Of a DNA stretch of 64,000 nucleotides, positions 11,968 to 24,234 are shown one piece after another. Source of the DNA: Coniocarpon cinnabarinum (Eukaryota). The number at the start of each line of letters is the position of its first letter. Positions within the stretch are counted from its first letter, which is position 1. The translations under genes and the position numbers were made by a program. The notes below the pieces were generated by a model. The model saw nothing but the letters and a program-made list of their open reading frames with translations, did not search any database and was not told the origin of the DNA. The stretch is taken from the NCBI GenBank assembly GCA_051942205.1, contig JAVECO010000003.1, forward strand, positions 124,001 through 188,000. Direction: 5' to 3'.

Positions 11968-14665
11968 ATGGACGCTGTGGGTGTAAGCATTGAACTTGCC
12001 AAACTGTCCGTCCTTGTCGCTGGAAAGATCAAACAACTCAAGTCCGCGCCTGACAGTATAGCCAAGATCCGATCCGAGCTCGATCTCAAGCACCATCTTT
12101 TGCGACAAGTTATCGATGTTGCAAATGCTGACTTCACTCTTGAAACCAACCTAGGTAAGCTCTGGCAGACTTTATTCCGTGCAAACTCCCAGTCCGAAGC
12201 TTGGACCGTTGATTGGCGCCTTGAAAAAGTCTCAAATACCCTTAAAGAGAGCGGAGCACTAATCGTTTGACGTCAGCTCCTGTTTTGCTCAAGATTCAAG
12301 GTTGCTTAGAGGCAGTGTCTACACTCGTTGATGGAGTCAGGAGCGATCAACAGCTGTGGCGTAGCAAATGGGTTTTCCGTCACAGTTCAAAAGCCTTAAT
12401 CATTGGTGAAGAACTACAAAAGCTCTTTGCGCATCTCGCTGCAGTAGTCAGCACTCACAACGCGTATGAATCTGTACTCTTCGTCTCATGTCTAGTCTGA
12501 TTGTAATCTTCATCTAGCACGATACAACGCCAATTCCAACGCCAATTCCTAGAGCTAATTCCACCTCTCATTGCCCAACAATCATTACAGAAGAGAGGAG
12601 ATTATGAGTTCAGTTCCAACAAATCAATCGCTGTAAGGAGTACGAGGACTTCCAAATCGTCAGGTAGCAACCCTGACCGTTTAATATGTTCGGACTTGGC
12701 AGAGAGCAGAGACCGCGATTGCAGCAGACGAAAAGGTAGCGAGACTAATGAGCTGATCACGTATAGAACTGCAAGCTACCACAGCGCAAGCTACCACAAG
12801 CCATTTCCCCACGGATGTACTAAACACTGCCATTGCCTCTGTCATCAGCCACTAAAGATAAGACCATTGCTCGCGCAGTGTCTGAGCTCTGTCAATATCA
12901 GGATTCGAGGACTGCCCTGGATCTCACATAGCTGTACTGATCCGTCTTGTGCTGGTCCATCAAGCAACATCGCCATCGAGTCTTCTTTCCGCCTTCCTAG
13001 GTGGCTTTGGCCAAAAGCAATTGCTTTGAGCGCTTTGGCGAGTCGCTGGCATGAGCCCTGCTTCACGTTTCGGATACGAAATGTTGTCGCAGACGATGAC
13101 CCGTGGATCGAGGCGATTCAAGACAGACGGATAGATGATGTACGCATGATGCTCCAGGAATGTCCTTCCAGAATCAACGATACCAACTCTGATGGCAATA
13201 ATTCCTTGATGGTAAGTAAATCTCTTTTAATATAATTCGCGCAAAGTATAGCAAAAGCCATGTCTCCCCAAATCTAAACGGCGATTGAAAGCAGCGAGCT
13301 TGATGTGTTGAGCTATGGAACGATAGTCACCTAGATTTCTTGTTTGTTTGAGTAGAATTTGTGGCCGTCGCTCCAATGATTGGGAATGCTGTTGTCGTAT
13401 CTCAGGTGCGGCGTAAGCCACTGACACAACTTATTAGCTAGTCTTTGAAAGAATCGGCTTCGACCCCGAACCTATTCGAATGCAACCAGATGTTGCGAAC
13501 GAGCTCTGCGAACTGCTCTTCGCATGGGGTGCTGACCCAGACGCAGTTTCAGATTGCGGATGGTAAGTCTAGCGCCCGCGGCATCGATTATTGTGGGCGG
13601 ATTCTGAAATAGAATAGGTCCTATCATCGGTCTACCGTCGACCAGATGCTACTTTCAGACAAATCCCGAATTCAGTTTCCCCCACCGCGACATGTCACGC
13701 GTAGTCAAATTTGCAGTGGTATGCCTCATGTGCACCGCATTGTTCTGAAGGATCTCGAGCTTAGCCTCGTGGAACATCTATCGTGTCACCCCCAAGCCAT
13801 CAGAGATCGTGATGATGACGAACGAACTGCCCTGTGGTGGGCAGCTGCGACCAATGATATCGAGTCCGTGAGGATTCTCCTCTTGGCCGGTGCCGACGTC
13901 AACGCCCACGATAGAGATGGCGAGACAGGACTGTATAGAGCTATTGGGCAGGGAAACGACGCCGTGGTTAACACACTCCTGGATCATCACGCCGACACGA
14001 AGTTGTCGAGCATCTACGGTGTGACATGTCTCGGTATCATGACACGACTGAATCATTCCGAGACTCGCTTACGCCTCCTCGATCAGAGTCTCAAATCAGG
14101 AGTCAATCCAAAGTATGGATATATGGGTCGGCTGAATGTCCTTCAAGAGTGGATTGTATCTGGTGATGCCACAGAAGACGAAATCGACGCTTTGCTTGAG
14201 GCTGGTGTCGACGTTGAGGATGGAGGTGTATCTGGATGGACGGCATTGGCCTGTTCCGTATACTATTGCAGACCCTCAACAGTACATGCCCTTTTGATGA
14301 GAAGTGCTAATCGCAATGTCGTGGTCCAAGCACTTGGATGGAACGTCTTCCACTTCGTAGCTCATTTTCCACATCTCGAAATGTTGCAGGTCTTGCGCGA
14401 TCACGGCCTTGCTGGCGTCGACCCGGAAGCAGAAGATTATTGGGGCAGAAAGCCAGCGGATCTTTTCGAACAGTCTTCCCAGAACACCTCTTGGGCTCAT
14501 CCAGGTTTGAAAGTTGCATTCTATGATTTGCTAGATACGGTCTCATCAAACAATCGAATACAAGAGACACAGTCAGATACGTCAAGTGACGATGAAGACG
14601 ACTTCATGTCAGCATGTGGTTCAATTAGATCAGCGGGATCCGACCCCGATGAAGAGACATCTTGA
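11968..14665 (+). CDS. Multi-exon protein: N-terminal HeLo-like helical domain, CxxxCxCxCH motif, ankyrin repeats
   Basis: ATG 11968 MDAVGVSIELAKLSVLVAGKIKQLKSAPDSIAKIRSEL; GT-AG introns join exons; CTKHCHCLCH near 12816; ankyrin repeats RTALWWAA..LLLAGADVNAHDRDGETGLYRAI and GWTALACSV; acidic tail. Exon structure between 13212 and 13620 is less certain. Confidence 0.7.
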
Positions 14666-15254
14666 ACATCTCGTCAGAGTGTGCACCAGATAGGAAGCCG
14701 TAGTGGGAAAATCTTTATGGAATTCTATATGCTTGATAGAAGGCCAATGGATCTCTACGATGCTTACGATGGCATTTCTGTAGAATAGCTTCTGTCATAG
14801 TCATCGCCTATTTTCTGCTTGGCAAAATTCTTTGCTAATAAAGCGTACGCTACCTGGAACCATACTTTTGAGAGAGTGATAGAATGAGCACTGATGGAGA
14901 TTGACTTTATGAGCCCCTGAGATTCGACGCTAGTAATATAGTAGTTTAGTGCTCTTGCCTCTTCACCTTATCACGTGTCTGTTCACCTATTTTCCACACA
15001 CAGTGACATGTCATGTGGCAAATTTGACAGCGTCGTGAGATACAAGCCAAGACGAGCAAGGAGCGCAGGCTCGGGATGCCAGAGGTTCTTGCAATCAAAG
15101 GGTAGATGATGGAAAGCGGCGGAAGCCCTCGTTTTTTCGGCTTAAGTGACAGACAACGCCCAGAAGAACAGGACCACGCTGCATCCTAAGTGCTTTTTGA
15201 CACTTGCGCTATCACATCGTCAAAACGTAATTGCGAGTCATAGAATAAACCACC

Positions 15255-15812
15255 ATGAATGACGAGTCCGACTCCGGCGCCTTTGTTGCAGCGCACACGC
15301 CGTCAGCAACACTCACTACGCCGCACCTACCAGTCTATAAGCTTCAATTTACCATCGCGATTCCAGACCCTGACATGGCGAAGCCACGTTATCACACCAC
15401 GCTCTTCATTCCGCATCTCAAAGCTGGCTCAAACAACGACATCATATACGAGGTCAACGGCGATCTCGTCACAGGCATGCAATATTCTTCTCGAATCATC
15501 GAAGCACCAGAATCACAAGAAACCTTCCACGCAAAGCACTACCTTGGACGTCTCGCAACTGGCTATCAAGCAGCAGACGTGGAAGCTGTCTGTGCCGCAC
15601 AAACGCCACCAGGCAGGCAGAAAGCCTGGAATAGTTCAAGCATGCGATACGAGCCCTGCAAACCAGATGGAACCTTCTACACCAAAAACGAGAAGAGACT
15701 GAAGTTGCGTAAGTGCACAGAGTGGATCAATGAGCAAGTAATTCCAGCGTTGGTGACAAGGGGACTCTTGGATCAAGATGCCGCTGAAAATAGTAACCCT
15801 AGGCCAGCATAA
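15255..15812 (+). CDS. DUF6540-like protein, paralog A (His...Cys, possible permuted papain-like fold)
   Basis: 185-aa ORF with PRYHTTLF, VNGDLVTGMQY, FHAKHYLG, PPGRQK, KCTEW..QVIPAL. Aligns end to end with 17069..17728. Confidence 0.7.
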   Translation: MNDESDSGAFVAAHTPSATLTTPHLPVYKLQFTIAIPDPDMAKPRYHTTLFIPHLKAGSNNDIIYEVNGDLVTGMQYSSRIIEAPESQETFHAKHYLGRLATGYQAADVEAVCAAQTPPGRQKAWNSSSMRYEPCKPDGTFYTKNEKRLKLRKCTEWINEQVIPALVTRGLLDQDAAENSNPRPA

Positions 15813-16103
15813 GCAATACCTTCTCTCGCTTTCTTTCCATATACGACTATCAGTCATGTAAATAGATACCCCGACTACTGTAGGTAGTATTTCGCTGACG
15901 TCGAGCACGTGATCTTCACCGACTAAAGCTAGGACCTATTAGGCAAAGTGTTTGCTTGAAGTTGATTTGCGGCGTAGCAGGCATCGCGGTTTCTGCTAAG
16001 CGATAGCTCATTCATTGCAATATTTGGCCCTCAAAGGACTGAGATTACCTGTCCATTTGACCTGGGTGCACACTGAACCCTGTTGCGGGATTCTGACTGA
16101 GCC

Positions 16104-16994
16104 ATGGACTCCGACTATCTCGTCTGGAAGCCTATCCCGGTGCCGTTTTCGAGGGACGTAGAACGCCTACCTGCGCCGCTACCCGCAGTGGAACAAATTG
16201 AAAATTCAAGCAACATCCTGGGCCAGCGCACGGGTCAGACAATCGTCGCTGTAGACGTGCACTTCATTGTCAAATTTGGCAGCGCTACTGCTGAAAGGGA
16301 AGGCCAGACTCTGCTATTTCTCGAGCATCGCCTCCCACACTTACATGTTCCTCGACTATACGCAATGTATCGTCATGGCGATAAGCTTTATAAGGTCATT
16401 GAACGTATTCGTGGTCAGAGGCTCGATGACATGTGGCGTGACTGCCAAGATATGAACAAGGAGCTTATTGCATCACACCTTCGCCACCTCTTCAGTGAAC
16501 TCCGACATCTCCGTAGGCGAGACTACTTTGGCGCCGTCGATGGTGGAGCAGTACCACATCAATTCTTCGCATCTGTAAGCCCGGACAAAAGCATCAACGG
16601 ACCTTTCAAGTTTTCTTCTGAATTTCACGCTGCACTAGTCAATCGCATGGACAGTGAACAAAGGTGGAACACAACATCGAATCGAATATCAACATGGTAT
16701 AGAAATCATATGCCAAGGTCTTTGTCCGTTGAAAATACATCTGTATTCACTCATTGCGATTTTCAGGCGAAAAACGTGATTGTGCATGACGATCCCTGCG
16801 ATAATACGATACTTCAATGCACCTTGATCGACTGGGAAGAGGCAGGTTGGTACCCAGACTATTGGGAATATTGGGCTGCTTTTGAAGCATGCGAGTGGAC
16901 AAATGATTGGTTTGAATACGTGGACAAGGTTCTTACACCCTTTCCAATGGAAGCCACCATGATGAGCACTGTGTTCAAACAGATCGTATTCTAG
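16104..16994 (+). CDS. APH/choline-kinase-like phosphotransferase
   Basis: 296-aa intronless ORF: IVKFG, EGQTLLFL, VPRLY, catalytic loop FTHCDFQAKNVIV, LIDWEEAGWYPDYWEY. Confidence 0.88.
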   Translation: MDSDYLVWKPIPVPFSRDVERLPAPLPAVEQIENSSNILGQRTGQTIVAVDVHFIVKFGSATAEREGQTLLFLEHRLPHLHVPRLYAMYRHGDKLYKVIERIRGQRLDDMWRDCQDMNKELIASHLRHLFSELRHLRRRDYFGAVDGGAVPHQFFASVSPDKSINGPFKFSSEFHAALVNRMDSEQRWNTTSNRISTWYRNHMPRSLSVENTSVFTHCDFQAKNVIVHDDPCDNTILQCTLIDWEEAGWYPDYWEYWAAFEACEWTNDWFEYVDKVLTPFPMEATMMSTVFKQIVF

Positions 16995-17068
16995 CTGCGC
17001 CCACAGGATGCATCATTCGAATACTACGCTCCATGTCACCGAATTCCACCAAGCACCATCCTGACGGT

Positions 17069-17728
17069 CTAGGTGGCAATCTTTTTGCCGTTGTTGTTGC
17101 CATTGCCGTTTCCATTCCCCTTTCCATTGCCGCCCTCATGACCTTTTCCGTTGCCAGACGACTGACCGGAAGCAGATGCAGGGCCCGACTCAGATGCATT
17201 GCGATCGATGATACCCTCCGAGAACAGTTTCGGAATGACCTGATTTTCTGTCCATTCGGTGCATTTGATCAACGGCTGACGCTGTTCGCCCTCTGTATAA
17301 AAGCTTCCATCCGGCTTGACAGGTTCATGCCTCATTTTCTTTATGTTGAACTTCTTCTGCGGACCTGGTGGCGTCTCGGCCTCGCAGACTCGTCCCACGT
17401 CAGCAACAGTGAACCTTGAGTCAACACGACCCAAGTACTGTTTGGCATGAAACTTTCCAGAGTCTTCGACACGGTTTCTGAACTGCCGCTGATACGCCAT
17501 GCCCTTAACTAGCTCCCCGGTAACATGGTGCAGTAGGCCGCTACCATCGTCCTTGGTCTCAACGAAGACGACTGTATGATAACGAGGCCCTTGCATGTCG
17601 GGATCTGGTGGATGTTGCGTGAACTGTACTTTGTACACACGACATCCTGTCTTATCAAGAGTTTCGTTGCTTGCTTGTTTGCGAATGCTAAGATGCTCAA
17701 GAGGACCCATTCTAATATGGTACGACAT
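17069..17728 (-). CDS. DUF6540-like protein, paralog B, with G/N-rich C-terminal tail
   Basis: PRYHTVVFV, LHHVTGELVKGMAY, FHAKQYLG, PPGPQK, KCTEW..QVIPKL. Start uncertain (ATG 17728, or a small 5' exon). Confidence 0.7.
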   Translation of the reverse strand: MSYHIRMGPLEHLSIRKQASNETLDKTGCRVYKVQFTQHPPDPDMQGPRYHTVVFVETKDDGSGLLHHVTGELVKGMAYQRQFRNRVEDSGKFHAKQYLGRVDSRFTVADVGRVCEAETPPGPQKKFNIKKMRHEPVKPDGSFYTEGEQRQPLIKCTEWTENQVIPKLFSEGIIDRNASESGPASASGQSSGNGKGHEGGNGKGNGNGNGNNNGKKIAT

Positions 17729-18472
17729 GCGTGATGTCAAAGTGATATGATTAACTACGAAATAGCGAGAGACCTCTGCGCTCTAAGCTCCCTTCTAAAT
17801 AGTGTACAGGTCTGTACACCTGTCACCAGGTCCCAGCAACAAAAGCTCATGTCGAAAGTGAACTCGTGTCAAGACTGGAGCGGTTACAGGCGAATGTTTG
17901 AGGACAGCTTGGGAGGCAGCCTCGCTGGAACTAGTGAAGCGCGTCTCACACTCTTGGCCTCACTGAATATCAAGGGCAATGCCATGAACATACTGCGGGC
18001 TCCAACACCTGTTAATGATTGGGTCAAGTTGGCTTCTTCGACTTCTGTTTCCAAACAGTGATATGCCTTACGCCGCATCATGTGTGCGACGCCCCAAACA
18101 GGCAAGGCAGACGCTGAAGCTGCACCCGCTACGCCGCTATAAAGATTCCGCAAGTAGCCGCATTTGGCCATCACCTTGCCGCCGCACTTCAGAATTTGGT
18201 GGAACGTGGCTATCGGTGCCTCTCTGCTATTCTTGAAGATGGGTCATATTGGGCAAACACGTGATCTTGCATGACTGGTTTAATGGAGTCCAGCAGTCAT
18301 CATTGGAGACTTTCGCCATACACTTCATGCGAGTATGTACTCCTACAACTGCAGAAGAGCCAGCAAACGTCGTGTATAGCAGAGCCTAGTCTTGAAAAAT
18401 GTACGATGCATTGATTTCAATACGAGAAATAGACCAATTGACGACATGTAACTAGCCGTAGCAAAACTGTTG

Positions 18473-18696
18473 TTGAAACCTCCCACCGCCCAACAGCTTT
18501 AGCAGAAGCCCCTTTTCTATACTGCCATCCAAAACATTCGAAACCCCAAACACCGCTCTCTTGACAAAATAGAGCATAATCAAAGCTGAATTTGAAACCT
18601 CCCACCGCCCAACAGCTTTAGCCAAAGCCCCTTGTCCATACAACCATCCAAAATGTTCCAAACTCCGAACGCCGCTCCCTTGACAAAATAGAGCAT
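18473..18696. repeat. Imperfect direct tandem duplication, two ~105-bp copies, period 119 bp
   Basis: TTGAAACCTCCCACCGCCCAACAGCTTTAGC...CTTGACAAAATAGAGCAT occurs at 18473-18577 and 18592-18696. Confidence 0.92.
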
Positions 18697-18715
18697 CAAT
18701 AACTTTTTCTAAACA

Positions 18716-20252
18716 TCACTCCTTCTGTTCCTCCCGCTCAGCCCTCTCAATCTCCTCTTTCACCACAGAAAACGGCACCGGACTCCCTGCACTCTCCCAA
18801 ACGACGACCAATCCCTCGCCTCTTTCTTCGCGCATGCGCTGCTCGCGCGCGTTTTCTTCGTCGAGCTGCTTCTTGAAGAGCTTGTAGCTGCCTGGTGAGC
18901 CGTCCGGGTATGGATTCGTGCTTGATCCAGCGTGTGGCATACTGGACGCTGCCGTGTTGTAGTGGCGCTTTGGCGGAGGTGATCGTTCTTCCTCCGGCTC
19001 TTCGCTGCTTCGTTTCCGCTTGCGTGACGGCTCTTGTTGTTGAGTTTCCAGCGGCCGATCCTCCTTCTTCAAGGCGTCGTCATACAACAGTCCCTCCGCT
19101 TGCTCCGCCACATCCTGCATACCTCCAACTGTCTCTTCAACCAGTTCTCGCGCCTCTTCTTCTTGACCTTTCTCTTCCTGCTTCACCGCAACTCGGCTCT
19201 TCGGCGGCTCATACTCCACATCCTTCTCCGGCTTTCCAATATACACCAATCCCTTCCCCTCTAATCTAAACTTCTTCCGCAACTCCATGATCTTCAAAAA
19301 CCCGGCGCCCCGCCCCAGCAAATGCAATATCCTCCCACCCTGCTGCCACACGACACCCGCCCGCCGTCGCAATTGCGTCAGAGTCTTCCTCACCTCCGCG
19401 ACAGCAAATTCCCGTCGCGCAAGCCCAGCAGGATGAGCGGCAGCGGCGCGACGCGCTGGCGGAGTAGTAATGTCGTCGTCGTTGAGGGTGTTGACGAATT
19501 GGCGGCCGAGCTCTTGCGCGGCGAGCTCGAGGCGGAAGCCCAGCTCGTACTGGATTGTGGCGCTTTCGTGGGTGTAGCGCAGGTATTTTTGGGTTTGTCG
19601 CTGCGCGAGCGGGGAGGTGTCTTGGGTGTGGGTGTCGTGGTAGGGTTTTAGGATGTTGACTATGCGTTTGAGGTCGTTTTCTGGGGGGTGGCGACGCGTT
19701 AGCAAAACATTGTTCTTGGGTAGTACGTGCAAAGAGGAAATGTTGAAAGGAACGGTGTTTGAATTGATCTTTTGACAGTGGCTGGTGCAGTCAAATGGCT
19801 GTGAATCAGATTCTGATCTTGAAGCCCATCCCCGAAGAGAAGAGCAAGATTTAATAACACGACACGTTTGCAAAGCACGTGCAGAAGACGAAAAATACAA
19901 CAAAAAAGGAGCTACACTTACTCAAATAATCCTCCGTCTCACGCAAGACAAATCCCAAGCGATCCACAGTCTTTTCCCAGCAATCCAGACCGTATACCTC
20001 GTCTTCAATGTCCGGAAGCTCAAACGGCAGCTCTTCGCAAAAGCGGTTCGTCACATCAGAGTCGAATCCCGGGAGATAGCTGTCGGGAAGCGCGTTGAGC
20101 TTGTATTCGACGGCTTTGGTGGTGGTGGTGTTGGTGGTGTTGGTGGTGGCGGTGGCTGGTGTGCCGCAGATCTGTTCAAGAGCCTAGCAAGTTTAGCAAA
20201 TGCACTTGAAAAAGAGGCGAAAGAGGAGAAAAGGATGGAATTGGCTTACCAT
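18716..20252 (-). CDS. Hypothetical multi-exon protein with charged C-terminus and putative NLS
   Basis: ATG (20252-20250) is followed directly by GTAAGC..CTAAAC..TAG intron. Exon 2 reads ALEQICGTPATATTNTTNTTTTKAVEYKLNALP..., ending at a GTAAGT donor near 19920. The last long exon lies in ORF 18716..19903 (SRKRKRSSEE, PPPKRH). No family recognised. Confidence 0.55.
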
Positions 20253-21845
20253 TTTGATTTTGAAAAGAGCTAGATGTGCTAGCTCGGTGATGTTGAAGTT
20301 GAGTAGAATGCCGCTGGTGATAGTGGTCAAAAAGTGGTGTCAGATGGAAGTAGCTGCGATACAGTTGCAAATGTCGTAGTCTTAGTGTTTATGAAAGTGC
20401 TGTAGCTGCGATGTTCGAATCTGTGATGGAATGCAGTAAAAAGCCGATATCGAACTCTGTGTGCAAGTACAAAAAGGTGAGGAAACCCAGAAAAAGAGGC
20501 AGAGGCAGGGAGGAACTTATACCTGGCTAGGACTGTGAGAGAGAGTCTTTTGCAGTCACTCAACACAACCAGCTCATCATCACGGATGTTGAATGCAGAT
20601 TCCTCTCCGTTACCAGACAAGATGGTTGGATCACGAAGACGAAATCATTCGGTTTGCTACCAGACTTGGGCGCAGGACATGACGTGCACATCAAATCATG
20701 ACATAGTCTACCAATGGAAAGCACTGCTCCATGGGATGATATGGGACGAACGTCATGCTGAGATGATTTACTAGCGTATACTGGCTGAACGTCACGAACG
20801 CACAGAGACCATTTCTTGATGACCAGAGGGCTGTGTGGGTGGTGCGGTCACTGTTACGTGACAGCAGCTCAACAATACATGTCCTGGTCCAAGGTCAATG
20901 GTAGTAACGCCTTCCGAAAGTGCTGGTGTTTGTTGTATGGATGAACATCTATACGTAGTGGCCAACGCGCTTGCTCGCAGTTCACCTCACATCTCTTGCA
21001 AGCTTGCGGCGTAAGTGACCTTGCTTTACCTTCGGAGCCGTATTCTGACCATGGATATACTACATGTCACTGAGCACACACAAGAGCCCGCAGAGTTTGT
21101 ATCAAGAGCAGAAATGGGTCGAACTCTGAAGATCGCATCCTCATCAAGTCTTCATCCACAGGTGGGATAGCTGGGAGGAAGTAGCGTGTACTCCCAGTAG
21201 GTATCATCAATTCACGCTCCAGCTCGAGGCACAAGGATGGTACTTCACATTTAGGTCATCAAGGGCCAGTGACAAGATATGTGACTTCGTCAAGGGAGAG
21301 GCGCATTGAAGCAGTCGATGGAGGCAAGCCACAATGACCCAGGCGAACGCGCTTCGCAAGATGGTTCCTATTCGCGTGAATGCTACACTAAGGCGACAGC
21401 TAGGTCGCAGCGTGTGACAGGTGTAGGCTGTGAGGCTTGAGGCACGTGAAGTTGGCAGATCAATCTGACAGCCGAGAAGCGTTCCGGGTATGCCAGGAGT
21501 GCCTGACTAGCGCATACGCCGTTCGCCCAAGCTTCACACTGAGATAGGCCAATGGAATCGAGTATTGATGACGTTGTCGACATGCTGCCTCGTGCGCATG
21601 ACAAAGAATTTTTTCCGGCGTCCTGCTGGATCGAGACTCTGCCGAGCAAGCTGCGCAAGCTCAGAAGCATGGAAGCTACCAGTCGGTCGAGGATTTGTAA
21701 GATTTTCTGTTTGATGAGAAACCAAGACGCTGTATTTTCAGGCCTGCATTATACTTAGAAGTGACTATACCCCCAACTTACCTAGCTCTCACATCTCTTG
21801 CACTTGCTTCCATATACACTTGCACTCGTCGCGCAATCTGCAAAC

Positions 21846-23356
21846 ATGGCAGTCCGCTATGAATCCAAGCAGGCAACGCCTGATGCCCTGAAGCAGCCTC
21901 TTCACTTTGAGTTCGCTGGCAAGACCGCCAAGAATCGCTTCATGAAAGCAGCCATGACGGAAAGACTCTCATCTTGGGACGCCAAAGACTTCTCCAAGAG
22001 GGGCATCCCTTCGCCTGAGCTCATCAACGTCTACCGCCGGTGGGGCGAAGGCGGCTTTGGAGTGGTGCTGACAGGCAACATCATGATCGAGTATGATCAG
22101 CTGGAGGCACCAGCCAATCCCATCGTCCCGCGTGGCGCGCCATTCGATGGAGAGCGCTTCGAGGCATTCAAGAAAATGGGCGCTGCCGCTAAGAAGGATG
22201 GCTCGCTGATAGTAGCACAAGTGTCCCATCCTGGGCGTCAGACTGCCGACAAACTACAACCAGACCCAGTCAGCGCAAGTGACGTCCAGCTTGAGGGAAA
22301 TGTCATGGTGCGTTAGTATCCCATTGTGAGTCTTGTAGCTCGCTGACAGTGATATAGGGCATGACATTCGCAAAGCCGCATCCTGCGACTCAGCAGGAAA
22401 TCAACAACATTATTGATGGCTTTGCGCACTGCGCCGAGTACCTCTACAAGGCAGGCTACGATGGGGTCGAACTGCATGGTGCACACGGCTACTTGCTTGC
22501 GCAGTTCTTGTCGCAAACCACCAATAAGCGCACCGACAAATACGGCGGGGATTTGAAAGGACGTAGCCAGATCATTGTCGAAATTGCACAGGCCATTCGG
22601 CAGCGGGTGCCCGACCCAAGCTTCATCGTCTCAATAAAGCTGAACAGTGTAGAGTTTCAGGAGGGCGGCTTTCAGCCAGAAGAAGCAAAGGAGCTGTGTC
22701 AAATCCTCGAGCAGAACAAGTTTGACTTTGTTGAACTGAGTGGTGGCACATATGGTGAGTGGTGTCGCTGGGATGCCTGTTCAGCATGTTGACATGCTAA
22801 TCATCTACCAGAATCTTTAGCATTCACCCATAAGCGTGAGAGTACCAAGAAGCGCGAAGCCTTCTTCCTTGACTTCGCAGATCAAATCACACCAGGTCTG
22901 AAGCATACGAAAACCTACGTCACCGGCGGTCTCAGGACATTAGCGGCAATGAATGATGCGCTCAAGACCGTGGACGGTGTCGGCTCTGCTCGCCCTGTCT
23001 GTCAAGACCCCGCTCTTCCCAATGAAATCATGAGTGGGAAGGTCAAAGGTGCCGTGCAGCAAGCGTTTGATGAGAACAATTTTGGTATGTGCCACCTTTT
23101 GAGCAGCGCTTCATGCTTCATCAACTTTTCGTGCTAACACGCTTTCCCAGGTCTCACAAATGTGGTGGCGGGCAGTCAAATTCGGCAGCTGGGCGAAGAC
23201 AAGGCGCCATTCGATGGCAGCGAACCAGGCAATGCGGAGAAGTTTCAGAAGGACATGGACGCGTGGATGGCGGACATGCAATCAGGAAAGCGTGAGGCTG
23301 GATACGTGGATGTGACGTTCCAGGCCGTTCCATATGCTGGCGTGGTTGCTCCGTAA
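21846..23356 (+). CDS. NADH:flavin oxidoreductase (Old Yellow Enzyme family)
   Basis: KNRFMKAAMTE, AQVSHPGRQ, AGYDGVELHGAHGYLLAQFLS..NKRTDKYGG, DFVELSGGTY. Three GT-AG introns (~22308-22357, ~22754-22811, ~23086-23150). Confidence 0.93.
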
Positions 23357-24234
23357 GCTTCAAGGCTTTGTCTCGAGGAAAACATTAGCTCAGCATGATT
23401 ACAGACGATTATAGATCGATAGAGAGTACAGAGCGTCCCACATGAAAGGTCGTCATGTCTTCAAGCAATACGTCGCACCAATAAGATGCAGCACTGTGAA
23501 GCTTAATAGTCGAACTTCCAGGGGCTCGGTGCCTGTGAGTCGAGGATGGGACGATGTCGCGAGGGCGTGATGCAGCATTAGCGTGCGTCACGGATGTCGG
23601 AGCTTATGAGCAGTCGAGAGACGGCGTCTCGGAGGCATTGTGGCCGCTGTATGAGGCATTCGGAGAATGTACCGGAGCAAGGCTCGACAGAGGTAGTGGT
23701 GGGCAGTGGTAGAAATTGAAGGTTGTGTTGCTCGAGTTCCGAGTCACTGGGGCGAAATAGGCACTAGTCTGTTTCCGGTCAAGCTCGATACAAGCAAGTG
23801 AGCATCACGTCTGCAGCCCAGGAACATCTTGACCATCCGCACGCAGCATAGACATGTACCCTGGGTGGGAGGCGGTGGCTTTTCTAACTGGAGCAATTAT
23901 CAGACACTCAATGCCAGCGAGTGGTACTCTCGACGGCCGAGACAAAAGGAGCACAACCGTTATGATTCGTCGGATCTGTGAGGGGCCGACGTCGTGATTG
24001 AAAGTGGTTCAGACCATGCCTTACGAACTGGGTTTGCAACCAACATCTCGCGGAGGAGACTATATGTAGAGCCTTGAGGCGCATGCTCAAAAGCTGGTTT
24101 TTGTCCATCCCCTTTTGCCTCGGCGTAGAGCGTATCTTTGTTTGTGAGCGAGCACAAAGGCCCGTCTGAACACATCCTCACCTCGTTCTTCCTACATTTC
24201 TTTCACTAGCGAAACATTGCAAGTGTCGTTCATC

